A stretch of 64,000 nt of DNA, from the NCBI GenBank assembly GCA_043803085.1, contig JAZDKM010000247.1:3315-67314 (forward strand). The letters are read 5' to 3'. The notes beneath the pieces are model-generated. The model worked only from the letters and a program-made list of their open reading frames with translations. It ran no database searches and had not been told where the DNA came from. The stretch comes from Planctomycetota bacterium (GTDB taxonomy: Bacteria; Planctomycetota; Phycisphaerae; UBA1845). Positions 19,777 through 29,409 of this stretch are shown here, piece after piece. Each line of letters starts with the position of its first letter. Position 1 is the first letter of the stretch. The position numbers were made by a program, and so were the translations under genes.

Positions 19777-21795
19777 TCATCCCTGTAATGCCCCCGGCAG
19801 GGGCATCATCAGCGTCTGCTCCGCCGCCTCTTCGAGCGGCGGCATCCCCTCCGGCGCCCGGCCCATCCCGTCCGTCTTGTGGCGGTCGATATGGTCGAGG
19901 ATTCGCTGCCGGACGACCGGGGCGGCCATCGAGAACTTGACCGTCGCCACGAGCTCCATGTGCACCAGGATATGGACCGGGTGCAGGTCGCCTTCGGCGG
20001 AGAACAGGACGCCCACCTGGTCCTCCGGGCCTTCCGGGACGCTCTGGCCATCGTGATAGAGCAGGATGTTCTCCAGGCGGGCCTTTTTGTAGCTCTCCCA
20101 TTCCTGCTCATTCGAGACGGGCAGATCAAGGTTCATGATCCGGGCCTTGATCCGATACTGCATCGGCGTGATCAGGCCCGCCCTGAGGTGGTCTTTCAGT
20201 TCCAGGATCTGCTGGCTCTTGGAGATCGGCATCATGCTCTGGACCGTCACGTCCACCTCGTCCGGGTGGGCGATCGGGTTGTCGGCGAGCGCGATCGTGC
20301 CCTGCTTGGGGTCATAGACGATCCCGGCCAGCGAATCGTCCAGCATGGTTACGGCGACGACGTCCTGATCGCTCCAGGTCGTCAGGTCCTTGGAGAGGGC
20401 GGCGCGGTAGATATCGCTGAAGCCCTCGGCGATGGCCGCGGCGTCGGGCGACAAGGGCACGTTCGAGGTCTCGATCAGGGTCCCCAGTCCGGCGGCGGAG
20501 TCCATCCGGCCCGGGGCGTCCCCGCGCATCATGGCCTGCGGCTGGTTCGCCAGCCGGTCCGAGAGCTCCGTCCCGATCTTGACCATCTGGACGGGAAAGC
20601 CGCCGGAGTTGAACGGCTGGAGCTGGATCACGTTCTGGTTGGCCGGCGTGAGCTGGTCCCATTCATAGGGCTGGAACTTGCGGCCGTCCTTGGCGGTCAC
20701 GAGGGCGTTGCGGGTGAGGCCGAAGTTGGTCGGGACCAGCGTGGTCCCGTAGAGGTCGAGCTCCCGGACGTTCTGGAACGACCGGCCGATCGCCCCTTCC
20801 AGCTCGGAGTTCAACGGGATCTGCAATTCCATCCAGGACCGGCCGTAGAAGCCGCCCACGTCGATACTGTGGATCGTTGTGACCGGCCGGCAGCGGCGGG
20901 CCAGGGTGAAGCCCTCGCGGAAATAGAGCTTGTCGCCCACGAAGACGATTTGCTCGGTCAGATAGTCCTTTTCGTCCCAGAGGAAGCAGTTGCCCAGCCA
21001 CAGGACGTCCATCTGGTCCGTCTTGCCGGCGTCGGAGCCGTTGGCCCTCTGCCGGCCGGTCCCCGGGAAGTCGCCGTCCTCGAGGAAGGCGTCGATGGAG
21101 TGGCCCACGAGCGCGACCTCCGCGATATCGCCCGGCAGGTCGCCGCGGGCGACTGTCGTCCGCTGGGCCTCGCCCAGCGCCCCGCGCTTCGGGGCCGCCC
21201 CGCGGAACATCCGCTTGACCTCCTCGACCGGGACGCGGCGCCGGATGAGCAGGCCGTGGATCTGCGACGGGGTCGCCACCTGGGTGGGGATCGGGGTGAG
21301 CTGCCAGGGCAGGGTCACGCGGAAGTCCTGCTGCTGGCTGTCGTCTGGATTCTCCCAGAGCGATAGGCCCACCGTCCCGTAGCACAAAAAGGGCGGCAGC
21401 AGGGCCCGCTGCGCCTTTTTGACGCGGGAGGGCGGGAAGGAATGCCCCAGGACCGCCTGGTCGATGGCCGCCGCCCGCTGGCCGTCCAGGGATTCGTTGC
21501 GGCGGACGACGCGGGGCGACAGGTCCATCCCGAGCAGCCGGCCGAGCTGGGTCTGGTACTTGGCCAGCAGCTCCTCGTAGACGAATTTCAGCCGCCCGGC
21601 CTTGTCGGTATAGGTCGCGGAGACCGTGCCGCGCGCGAAGTTCAGCGTGAGCTGGCGGATCCCCTGGATATAGGCGTAGGTCCGGCTCCAGTGGGTCTTC
21701 CGGTACAGCCGGGCCTCCCGGCCCCGCGCCACGAGCTGCTTGTACGTGGTCTCGGCGTCCTTCGTCTCGGCCGGAAAGATCGATTCTGCTGCCAT
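19777..21795 (-). CDS. Portal protein A
   Basis: 672 aa between terminase and scaffold; GFYGRSWMELQIPLN..., MMRGDAPGRMDSAAGL portal-type motifs. Confidence 0.8.
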   Translation of the reverse strand: MAAESIFPAETKDAETTYKQLVARGREARLYRKTHWSRTYAYIQGIRQLTLNFARGTVSATYTDKAGRLKFVYEELLAKYQTQLGRLLGMDLSPRVVRRNESLDGQRAAAIDQAVLGHSFPPSRVKKAQRALLPPFLCYGTVGLSLWENPDDSQQQDFRVTLPWQLTPIPTQVATPSQIHGLLIRRRVPVEEVKRMFRGAAPKRGALGEAQRTTVARGDLPGDIAEVALVGHSIDAFLEDGDFPGTGRQRANGSDAGKTDQMDVLWLGNCFLWDEKDYLTEQIVFVGDKLYFREGFTLARRCRPVTTIHSIDVGGFYGRSWMELQIPLNSELEGAIGRSFQNVRELDLYGTTLVPTNFGLTRNALVTAKDGRKFQPYEWDQLTPANQNVIQLQPFNSGGFPVQMVKIGTELSDRLANQPQAMMRGDAPGRMDSAAGLGTLIETSNVPLSPDAAAIAEGFSDIYRAALSKDLTTWSDQDVVAVTMLDDSLAGIVYDPKQGTIALADNPIAHPDEVDVTVQSMMPISKSQQILELKDHLRAGLITPMQYRIKARIMNLDLPVSNEQEWESYKKARLENILLYHDGQSVPEGPEDQVGVLFSAEGDLHPVHILVHMELVATVKFSMAAPVVRQRILDHIDRHKTDGMGRAPEGMPPLEEAAEQTLMMPLPGALQG

Positions 21796-21848
21796 CGGCG
21801 GCCTCTCATTTCCGAAGCTCGACCGCCTTTGGATTTACGATTTATGAA

Positions 21849-22091
21849 TTATGAATTTCCATTTTGTCCATGATCCGGGTCTCGGCCCTGTTCGCCGTTG
21901 ATCGCCGCGAGCATCTCATCGAGATGCTTGTTCACGATTGCCTTGGCCTTCTCCGTGAAACGGGCGCATTTTCGCGCGTCTCGCCAGTCGGCGCCCTCTT
22001 CACGAATCAAATGCGCCAACAGGCCGGACCGGCCCCCTTTCATCAGGATGCCCACAAAACCCTGCATGTTTTCCAGTCTGTACCTGACCAT
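21849..22091 (-). CDS. Hypothetical protein
   Basis: 80 aa ORF in operon. Confidence 0.4.
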   Translation of the reverse strand: MVRYRLENMQGFVGILMKGGRSGLLAHLIREEGADWRDARKCARFTEKAKAIVNKHLDEMLAAINGEQGRDPDHGQNGNS

Positions 22092-22119
22092 CGGTTTTCC
22101 CGTTTGGGCACGGTGCGTT

Positions 22120-22500
22120 TCATGTTTCCTCCGGCCTCGGCAGGTCGACGTCCTCGTCCACGCCGATCTCGACGGCGGCGTTCCCCGGGTGCGCCTGGAG
22201 GTCCGCGCGGGCCGGCTCCGGGGTCCAGACGACCGGGACCTCCGTGCGGGCCCCGTGGGCGTTCGAGTGGGCCAGGATCTGCGCGGCGATGGCCTGGTTG
22301 CCCGTCTCCGCGAGCGTGCGGTGGGCCAGGAGCTCCGAGACGATGACGCTCTGGTCCCGCTGGGCCTTCTCGAGGCCCGCCAGGAGCCGGGAAGAGAAGC
22401 GGTAAACGAGCCAGGCCGCCAAGCCGGCCAAACACCAGTACATCACCGTGATCAACAATAGGACCAGCGACATCTTCCAATACGTTTGACTGTCCATCAT
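22120..22500 (-). CDS. Membrane protein
   Basis: Start MMDSQTYWK with a long N-terminal TM helix. Confidence 0.55.
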   Translation of the reverse strand: MMDSQTYWKMSLVLLLITVMYWCLAGLAAWLVYRFSSRLLAGLEKAQRDQSVIVSELLAHRTLAETGNQAIAAQILAHSNAHGARTEVPVVWTPEPARADLQAHPGNAAVEIGVDEDVDLPRPEET

Positions 22501-22814
22501 GTCCCTTCTTCGTCGTAATCGGATTTCGGCCAGGGCGGAAAATGCAGATCGAAGCTCCGGTGGCGGACGAGACGCCGGCGGTAGCGAGCCAACCAGTCCG
22601 TTTCGCCAAGCTCCGTATGCATACGTTCGAGTTTCAGAGTCAGGCCCAGAATGGTCAGGCCGACAGCTACGCCGCAGCACTGGCTATAATACCATAGTTT
22701 GTTCTGACGCCAGTCGAATCCCCAGTAGGGACCGTAACTGACCAATACGAGAAGCAGCCGTTTGTGCCTCCCGGTCCCCGTGAGCGGGATCGATATTGCC
22801 CGGTACAGCCCCAT
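22497..22814 (-). CDS. Hypothetical membrane protein
   Basis: 105 aa with hydrophobic segments; coupled to neighbouring genes. Confidence 0.45.
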   Translation of the reverse strand: MGLYRAISIPLTGTGRHKRLLLVLVSYGPYWGFDWRQNKLWYYSQCCGVAVGLTILGLTLKLERMHTELGETDWLARYRRRLVRHRSFDLHFPPWPKSDYDEEGT

Positions 22815-23008
22815 CAGGCAATCTCCTCCGGGGATAGCGGGCGTGTGAGGCAGCGGCGGCTCGTCCCCAATCTGCGATACTCCAACTTGCCTTCCGGCGT
22901 TATCCCGGTGAGAATACCTACCTCGTAATGATGGATGACCTTATATCCAATCCCCGGGGCCGGAACTTCGGCATTCTGCTCAGGCGGTAGTGTCGGTGCC
23001 TTTTCCAT
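22814..23008 (-). CDS. Hypothetical protein
   Basis: Start MEKAPT after a GAAGGAG RBS. Confidence 0.45.
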   Translation of the reverse strand: MEKAPTLPPEQNAEVPAPGIGYKVIHHYEVGILTGITPEGKLEYRRLGTSRRCLTRPLSPEEIA

Positions 23009-23056
23009 TCCTGTCACTCCTTCACGCGAACACGACGCTGATTCCAATCCAGATAT

Positions 23057-23287
23057 TCATTTTCCATCACTGCGGGAATCTATTGGCGTAGATAAGAGAT
23101 ATTCCTTGATGGCTTCAAGTTCATCAATGGTCAGGGTTTTGACAACGGCGGTACCTTCTTCCATGCTGTCATGTGCCTTGCGAAGGGCAGCCGCCAAATC
23201 GGGGTCAGTTCTAATGTCGAGGGGCGGCTCTCCCCTTTGCTGTCTGCCCTCGGTCGTAAGGATCACAACGTGGGCCCCAATTTCCAT
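23057..23287 (-). CDS. Hypothetical protein
   Basis: Start MEIGAH after a GAAGGAG RBS. Confidence 0.5.
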   Translation of the reverse strand: MEIGAHVVILTTEGRQQRGEPPLDIRTDPDLAAALRKAHDSMEEGTAVVKTLTIDELEAIKEYLLSTPIDSRSDGK

Positions 23288-23292
23288 TCCTG

Positions 23293-23544
23293 TCACTCCT
23301 TCGGGTCTTCGATCACAATGCTTTTCCAGGTAATCGGCTCATCCAGATTGATTGGCTCTTTAGGACGCCGCGGCCAGCGCATCCAAACACGTAAAGCGGC
23401 CGAAACGCTGCCGTATCCCTTTTGACGCAAAAGCAAATAATCAATGCGCCACCCGACTTCGTGGATTTTGTATCGCACGAAAAAGACCAACTTCAGAGCG
23501 ATCAAGAGAATCACGAGCCAGGCGATATACGGTCCAATTTCCAT
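23293..23544 (-). CDS. Hypothetical membrane protein
   Basis: Start MEIGPY with an N-terminal TM helix. Confidence 0.5.
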   Translation of the reverse strand: MEIGPYIAWLVILLIALKLVFFVRYKIHEVGWRIDYLLLRQKGYGSVSAALRVWMRWPRRPKEPINLDEPITWKSIVIEDPKE

Positions 23545-23553
23545 TTCACTCCT

Positions 23554-25497
23554 TCACCCGATCACCTGCGGCTGATCCCAGACATTGACGAAATCCTCTT
23601 TTTCATGTTCCTCGTTATCATACGCCTGTTTCACGAGCAGGGCAAGGTGCTCCTCCCGGATTTCCGCCAGGGGCAGGCCGACGAGCCCCTCGCCGCCCGG
23701 CAGGAACGGCTTGCCCTGGCGGATCAGGCTGCACAGGTCCGCCGCCGGGTCGCGGGGTTGGGAGGGCCCCGCCGTCCCCCGTCCGTGCGGGACCCATTTC
23801 GTCATCGCGAGCGTGTCGATGATATCGTCGTAGCGGAGCTCCCGGAGGTCCTTCGTGAAGTATTGGACCTGGCGCCACATCTCATTGAAGGGCCACTTGT
23901 GCTTGTAGGAGATCGGGAACTTCACCATGCCGCGCGGCAGGGGGTACTCGCCCCAGAGCTTGATCCGGCCGCCCTTATCCAGCTCGTCCGCCCCTTTCGG
24001 ATAGGTCAGCGGGATGATCGCCGGCCGCCAGTCGAGCGGGATCAGGCCCTCCGCTTCCCCCTCGTAGATCCGCCGCGTGATCGCGTCCACGAGCAGTTGC
24101 TGGAGCGAGACCGCCTCCGGGGCGATGATCTGGACCCGCCAGGCGCAGCAGAACCTCAGGACGTGGTCCAGGAACGGGGTATCGGGCATCCGGCCCGCCC
24201 AGCAGTCGAGGACCCACTGCACGTTGCGGGCGTCGAAGCCCGAGATCACGATGCACTTCATGTCCGAGACGCTGGTCCGCGTCTTGGCGTAGTCGATCGT
24301 CGCGACCCGCAGCAGGGCGTCGAAGTACTCCTTCGCCGGCGCGCGGGCCACCTGCCAGGTCTTGCGGCCGTCCCGGCCGTAGCCGGTGAAGTAGTGATAA
24401 TCGACCGCCGCCTCCGGGTGCGGCAGGTGGGCCGCCAGCCGGTCATCGAGATTGTCCGGCAGCTTGCTGAGCCGGTACTCGTTGGCGACCGGATCGATAG
24501 TGAGCAGCCGCGCCCCCTCCGCCTGCGGCTGGTTCATGAACTCGGCGTCGAAATGCTCGGCCATCGTGGTCCGCAGCAGCTCCAGGTGGGCCACGCTGAA
24601 CCGCTCCGGCCAGGTGGAGGCGATCACCTTGCCCGTCTCGGGGTCCTTGATCGCCCCGGACTGGACCCGCCGCATCCAGTTCTTGTAGCGCGGGTCCTTC
24701 GAGAAGCACACGTGGTACAGGTAACTGCGGGCCCCGAGCATGGTCCCCGGCCAGAAGAGCTTCATGTACTGGGGGTTGAGCATCGGCAGGATCACCCGCG
24801 TGATATGCTCCTGGAGCCGGCGCGACAGCTCCGTCAGCCGCTCCTGGACGTTCGATTCCGGGTCGTATTCGGGATCGTCCAGGATGTACCAGGAGGTCCG
24901 CGTCCCGCGCTGGCGGCTGCCGACCGTGAGCTGCTCCAGCAGGGAGCCGTTGTTGAGCCGCATGTGCTGCTTGTTGTAGACCCGGCCGGAGCCGCGGGCC
25001 GGGACCAGCTTGCCGAAATCGGCCGTGATCCGCTCGTTCTCCTCGAGCTGGGTCATTACGGATTCCGCCTTGATCGCCGCCAGTTTCTCCGAGGCGCTGG
25101 AGACGACCACCTCGCGGTAAGGGAAGCAGACGATCCCGCGCAGCGGTGTCTCGCGGGCGAAGATCGTGCTCTTGCCGCCGCCCCGGGTATAGGCCTCCGC
25201 GCAGAAGGGGTACAGGGCGAAGTCGTTCAGCATGTCGATATGGCCGGGGGCCGGGGGCAGCAGGCCGCTCTCCCCGTAGAACTTCGGGCCCTCCGGGGCC
25301 AGGTAGTAGTTGCGAAAGAACAAGTGGCCCGCGATGAAGCCGAGCGCGAACCGCTCCGGTTGGCCGTCCCGGCCGGGGCGCCTCACGACGGTTTCGTCCC
25401 GGCAGACGGCGACCCGCGCCTGCCGCCGGCCCTCGGCGCTCAGGTCCTCATAGTCCGGCGGCAAAGGCCAGAACGGATTATTCAGCTTGGGGAACAT
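23554..25497 (-). CDS. terL: Terminase large subunit
   Basis: Walker A (YTRGGGKST), Walker B (YILDDPE), coupling motif (WPGT), RNase H-like nuclease (IDYA...SD; YDDIIDT). Confidence 0.9.
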   Translation of the reverse strand: MFPKLNNPFWPLPPDYEDLSAEGRRQARVAVCRDETVVRRPGRDGQPERFALGFIAGHLFFRNYYLAPEGPKFYGESGLLPPAPGHIDMLNDFALYPFCAEAYTRGGGKSTIFARETPLRGIVCFPYREVVVSSASEKLAAIKAESVMTQLEENERITADFGKLVPARGSGRVYNKQHMRLNNGSLLEQLTVGSRQRGTRTSWYILDDPEYDPESNVQERLTELSRRLQEHITRVILPMLNPQYMKLFWPGTMLGARSYLYHVCFSKDPRYKNWMRRVQSGAIKDPETGKVIASTWPERFSVAHLELLRTTMAEHFDAEFMNQPQAEGARLLTIDPVANEYRLSKLPDNLDDRLAAHLPHPEAAVDYHYFTGYGRDGRKTWQVARAPAKEYFDALLRVATIDYAKTRTSVSDMKCIVISGFDARNVQWVLDCWAGRMPDTPFLDHVLRFCCAWRVQIIAPEAVSLQQLLVDAITRRIYEGEAEGLIPLDWRPAIIPLTYPKGADELDKGGRIKLWGEYPLPRGMVKFPISYKHKWPFNEMWRQVQYFTKDLRELRYDDIIDTLAMTKWVPHGRGTAGPSQPRDPAADLCSLIRQGKPFLPGGEGLVGLPLAEIREEHLALLVKQAYDNEEHEKEDFVNVWDQPQVIG

Positions 25498-25585
25498 CGT
25501 TGCATTGATGAGGGAGCAGCTTGACAATGACAGGAGCGAGATTCCGTTTACTCCCGAACCAGGGCGCCAGCGCCTTGACCTTCAT
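25478..25585 (-). pseudogene. Remnant N-terminus of a Dam-like adenine methyltransferase
   Basis: MKVKALAPWFGSKRNLAPVIVKLLPH then stop; matches the P-W/Y-x-G-x-K start of D12-class MTases. Confidence 0.6.
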
Positions 25586-25756
25586 CTCCGGCAAGCCGCC
25601 AGGGCCGTCGTCGCGTCGCTCGTCGCTCGTCGCTCGTCGCTCGTCAGGCATCATCCTTCGTGTCCTTCGTGGTGAAAATTTTTTTGCTTGAATTCCCTCG
25701 GGGTTACTCCAGAATCTCAAAACGCGGGAAAAATATTCACGATTTTATTCCTGATT

Positions 25757-25975
25757 TTATGCGCCCCCTTCGTGTCCTTCGTGGTTCACATTCTTTTGCC
25801 CGTCCTCGAACGACGGACAGGAGGGATGGATGGCGGCGAAGGCATGGCCGTAATTGTCGCTCCGTTTGTTGCCGCAGGTCCCGACCAGGCAGGCAACGCG
25901 GAGCGTCGCCTTGCCGTAGTGGCGGCAGTCGGAGCACGACTTGCCCGTCCGGCTGGCGAAGATCACCTTCGTCAT
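25757..25975 (-). CDS. Small Cys-rich protein
   Basis: CSDCRHY...C...CPSFE. Confidence 0.5.
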   Translation of the reverse strand: MTKVIFASRTGKSCSDCRHYGKATLRVACLVGTCGNKRSDNYGHAFAAIHPSCPSFEDGQKNVNHEGHEGGA

Positions 25976-26535
25976 GGGGCCTCCGCCCGCAGCTCGCGGA
26001 CGACGTCCAGGATCGCCCAGGCGCCGGCGAGCAGGGCGTCCGCGCGCGGATTGCCGAGCATCCGGCCGCGGAGGAAGCAGACCATCGGCCAATAGCCGGC
26101 CAGTTGCTCCGGGTCCTGGAGCTTGGCCAGGGCCCGTGGCGCCGTCTGCCAGGGGTTCACCGTCTCCCAGAGCCTCTTTTCCGTGAGGATCCCGGCGTTC
26201 ACCATCCGCCCGAGCAGACCCTCCAGCGAGGGCAGGGTCAAGTCGTGGGCGACGAACGCCTGCAGGGCTTTGAACTTGTCGGGCTCGCGGAGGGGCCGGA
26301 CGTCGCTCGGCACTTGCGCTGCGGCAAGCTGCTCGGCGGGCGTCGGCTCGGCCTCCTCCCCGACCGGCGGCTCGGTCGCCGGGACGTTGTCGAAGCCGCT
26401 CTCCGAGTCGCCGGCCAGGCCGTCGGCCCGGGCCGGTTCCTCAGTTTCCGCTGGGCGGGCGGGCGATGTTGCAGCGCTCGTCCCGGTCGTCGGGGAAGTA
26501 TTCGGGGTCCTCTTCGGTTGCTGTTTCGCTGTCAT
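25972..26535 (-). CDS. Hypothetical protein
   Basis: 187 aa with a disordered N-terminus. Confidence 0.5.
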   Translation of the reverse strand: MTAKQQPKRTPNTSPTTGTSAATSPARPAETEEPARADGLAGDSESGFDNVPATEPPVGEEAEPTPAEQLAAAQVPSDVRPLREPDKFKALQAFVAHDLTLPSLEGLLGRMVNAGILTEKRLWETVNPWQTAPRALAKLQDPEQLAGYWPMVCFLRGRMLGNPRADALLAGAWAILDVVRELRAEAP

Positions 26536-26992
26536 GGCTGTTCTCCGGTAAAGGTCTCGGGGGGGGCGGGCCGAAGGCCGGCGGCTCCTCGGAGTCGCCG
26601 AGGACCATGCGGACCCGCTTACTCGTCATTTCCACGCTCTCCACGCGCCGGACCGGGGCCGGCAGGCCCAGCGGCGTCATTCCGCCCGGCAAGGGCAGGG
26701 CTGTGCCGCCGCCCAGCATCCCGCGCCGGACCAGGGCCTGCTCCCAGATCTCATCGAGCATCTTCATGGCCCGCATCTTCTCGGTGTGCGTGCCCTTGTC
26801 GATGATGTCGAGCAGGGTCGCGATCTTCTTCGCCGCGTTGTAACCGCGCTCCTTGAACATCCTGGTCAGGACGCCCACGTCCAGGAACTGGGCGATCACG
26901 GCGGCGTCGTCCGGGTTCGTCCGCATCTCCTCGAGGAGCTGCGCCAAAGGATCGCGGAGATCGGGGCTATTTCGCCGCTCGTCGCTCGTCAC
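26441..26992 (-). CDS. Possible terminase small subunit
   Basis: GTG start coupled to the upstream stop; helical core (KMRAMKMLDE) upstream of terL. Confidence 0.4.
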   Translation of the reverse strand: MTSDERRNSPDLRDPLAQLLEEMRTNPDDAAVIAQFLDVGVLTRMFKERGYNAAKKIATLLDIIDKGTHTEKMRAMKMLDEIWEQALVRRGMLGGGTALPLPGGMTPLGLPAPVRRVESVEMTSKRVRMVLGDSEEPPAFGPPPPRPLPENSHDSETATEEDPEYFPDDRDERCNIARPPSGN

Positions 26993-27189
26993 TGGTCGCT
27001 CGCTCCTTGGCGGCACTCGGCGCAGACGGGCTCGACCCGGAGGTCCTGACCGGGCCCGAAGCGCCGGGCGGACAGGATGCCCAGGCAGCGACTGCACACG
27101 AGCTTCGTTCCCAGCCAGACGGGCCGGCCGAACTCGGCGCCGGCCAGGATCTGGAGCGGCGTCGGCATCCTGGTCTTGGGCTTTCTCAT
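26989..27189 (-). CDS. Small CxxC zinc-finger protein
   Basis: CSRC ... CAEC. Confidence 0.5.
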   Translation of the reverse strand: MRKPKTRMPTPLQILAGAEFGRPVWLGTKLVCSRCLGILSARRFGPGQDLRVEPVCAECRQGASDQ

Positions 27190-27494
27190 TACGGGTGGCT
27201 CCGGGCCTTCTCGACGGCGGCCATCGCCAGGCGGCGGGCGTGCGGATCGAGGTCGCCCCGCCGGACGGCCTCACCAGGCGGGGTCTTGAAATCGAACTGG
27301 ATCCGCCAGGAGTCGGCCCGCATATCGTCCTTTTTGCTCAGGCTGGTGAGGGCCTTCTGATGGTATGCCCACCAGCGCTCGCGATTCGCGAAGCGGATCC
27401 GGGCGGCCCGCTCGGGGTCGAAGACCCAGTCGTGGCCGCGCCAGAGGCAGAGCCACAGGGCGTCCCACAGCAGGTTGGCAAGCCATGCCTTCAT
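27189..27494 (-). CDS. Hypothetical protein
   Basis: 101 aa, coupled; CLWRGHDW motif. Confidence 0.5.
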   Translation of the reverse strand: MKAWLANLLWDALWLCLWRGHDWVFDPERAARIRFANRERWWAYHQKALTSLSKKDDMRADSWRIQFDFKTPPGEAVRRGDLDPHARRLAMAAVEKARSHP

Positions 27495-27835
27495 ATCTCG
27501 AACTCCTTTTTTGGATTGATTATGGTTGATGGTTGATTTTCGATATCCGACTGCGCGTCGCTCGTGGCGGTAAAAACGGCCCGGTTCTCACCTGCGCCGC
27601 TTTCTGGCAACTCAAGCGCCAGGGCCCGAATCCTGTCTTCGCAGCGGCGGACCTTCTGGCCCAGATGAGCCTCGATCATCTCCGTCAAGACCAGCTTGAG
27701 ATCGTCGTCAGGGGTAATGGCATAAATGTCGCCATAACTGATGAATCCCATGCTCATGCTCCTGGCCAGTTCAAGTTCTTTCGCCGTGCGCTGGCATGCC
27801 GCCGCTAAACTTTCGACCGTCTTCATATCCATCAT
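27491..27835 (-). CDS. Hypothetical protein
   Basis: 114 aa with AAAGGG RBS. Confidence 0.5.
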   Translation of the reverse strand: MMDMKTVESLAAACQRTAKELELARSMSMGFISYGDIYAITPDDDLKLVLTEMIEAHLGQKVRRCEDRIRALALELPESGAGENRAVFTATSDAQSDIENQPSTIINPKKEFEI

Positions 27836-27855
27836 TTGCCCTTTTGATAATAGCG

Positions 27856-27881
27856 CCCGGGGCGGGTCGGCCCGCCCCGGG
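27856..27881. terminator. GC-rich hairpin downstream of the OMP-like gene
   Basis: cccggggcggg-tcgg-cccgccccggg. Confidence 0.4.
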
Positions 27882-27935
27882 GCTCTGGTTGGCGACCCGC
27901 GCTGGGTGGGCGCGGAGTGCCGGTTGGTTCACATT

Positions 27936-28454
27936 TCAACGGAAGCGGTAGACGACGCCGAAGGTCGTCAGCAGGTCATCCTCGAGGGCGCTGCTGTTCT
28001 CCGGGGTCAGCCATTCCGTCCGCAGGTAGGGCTGGATGGCGCTGCCCGGCCGGAACCGCAACTCCGTGCCGGGCAGGAAGAGGAAATCTTCACCGTCCGG
28101 CTCGTAGAGCAAAGCGAGCGTCCCGTAGGCCTCGACCGGGGCGTCCACCGGGGGCAGCCATTCGCCCGGCAGGACCCGGTCCAGGGCCCCCGCGACGAGG
28201 TCGCCGATCCGGAACTGGACGATCAGGCCCGCAGCCACGTTTTCAGCGGTCGTCTCGGGAATAGCCGAATCGCTCATCACCATAAGGCCCAGTCCCCCGT
28301 TCGGGTCGGGACTGTAGAGCGCTGCGAGCTCGCTGACCTCGTAGTTCGAGCCGGCCGCGACGGACCATTCGCCGCCCTGGCAGCCCGCCAGGAGCAGGAC
28401 CGCCGCCCCTACCATCATCACCCACGACCTCCACTTCGTCACTTGCGTCCACAT
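27936..28454 (-). CDS. Putative outer-membrane beta-barrel lipoprotein
   Basis: Lipobox LLLAGC, alternating beta strands and C-terminal FGVVYRFR beta-signal. Confidence 0.65.
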   Translation of the reverse strand: MWTQVTKWRSWVMMVGAAVLLLAGCQGGEWSVAAGSNYEVSELAALYSPDPNGGLGLMVMSDSAIPETTAENVAAGLIVQFRIGDLVAGALDRVLPGEWLPPVDAPVEAYGTLALLYEPDGEDFLFLPGTELRFRPGSAIQPYLRTEWLTPENSSALEDDLLTTFGVVYRFR

Positions 28455-28466
28455 GATAGAACCCTT

Positions 28467-28787
28467 TCAAGAATTGATGATCGATGATTTACAATTTACG
28501 ACTGGCCCCTGCGAGACCGGGCAGGGATCATCGTCTTCGGAATAGTCCCGGCAGGCCTGGGGCTTCGATTCCTTGCCCAGGTATTTGTGGATCAGGCAGG
28601 TCGCCTCCGCGCCGTCCCTCACCAGCATATCGCACGGTCCATCATCCCGGCAGAAGGGGCCGAGGGCCCCTTGCCGCAACAAGGCATGGCCAATCGCCGC
28701 GATCACCGGATGGGGACTGTTCAGCCACATCGAGCCCATCGAGCAGCATTGCCCGCAGCGCCGGCATTGGAGTCTCGCGTTATCCAT
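28467..28787 (-). CDS. YkgJ/CxxCxxCC cysteine cluster protein
   Basis: CRRCGQCC...C..L...CLIH...KPQACRDY. Confidence 0.75.
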   Translation of the reverse strand: MDNARLQCRRCGQCCSMGSMWLNSPHPVIAAIGHALLRQGALGPFCRDDGPCDMLVRDGAEATCLIHKYLGKESKPQACRDYSEDDDPCPVSQGPVVNCKSSIINS

Positions 28788-29404
28788 CAGTCCCCCGTCC
28801 TTTGCCGGGCCGGCCGGCCGTGGCAGGCGATCCCGGAGGGATCCGGGTGCGGATTGAAGCGCGGCTTGTCCCCTACGTACCTGATCCCGATTATCTGGCC
28901 GCAGTCCGGGCACTTGCCGATCTTCATGCGGCCGGGAGCGCCCGGGGCCGGCGGCTCCGTATCACGGGACTTCCTTCGCGCCGGCGCCGTCTCCAGGATC
29001 TTGGTGAGGTCCGCATCGATATAGACCGATTCCCCCTCCGCCGCAGCGTGGAACTCGGCGGCGTAGAAAGTCGCCTGCTCCAGCTTGAGACCCCAGTTGC
29101 GGAGGGCCGCGGCGGCCGCTAGCCGGGCCACCTTACTGTCCTGGTGGAACCAGCGATAGGCCCCCGCCGTGATCTCGCTCTGCGGCCGGACCCGCAAAAC
29201 TTTGCGGATCTCGGAATACCAAACCTTCGCGTACGGCTGCTGAACGTCCAGTTTGGCGGTCAGCTCCGCACTGATCAGGATCGTCCCGCAGGGCGAGATA
29301 CTCAGGAAGCATCCCTTACGCCGCCTGGTGTTGCCCCCCCCGCCCGTCCAGACCTGCCAGTCATCCTCCCGTTGCTGCGGTTGCCGCTCCTTCGTCTTGG
29401 CCAT
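28787..29404 (-). CDS. Hypothetical protein with C-terminal zinc ribbon
   Basis: Start MAKTKERQ; GKCPDCG...H...C. Confidence 0.5.
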   Translation of the reverse strand: MAKTKERQPQQREDDWQVWTGGGGNTRRRKGCFLSISPCGTILISAELTAKLDVQQPYAKVWYSEIRKVLRVRPQSEITAGAYRWFHQDSKVARLAAAAALRNWGLKLEQATFYAAEFHAAAEGESVYIDADLTKILETAPARRKSRDTEPPAPGAPGRMKIGKCPDCGQIIGIRYVGDKPRFNPHPDPSGIACHGRPARQRTGD

Positions 29405-29409
29405 GATTT

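Noticed and set aside
26559-26570. Poly-G tract as a phase-variation site
   Set aside because: It encodes a Pro run in a disordered C-terminal tail, with no evidence of frameshifting
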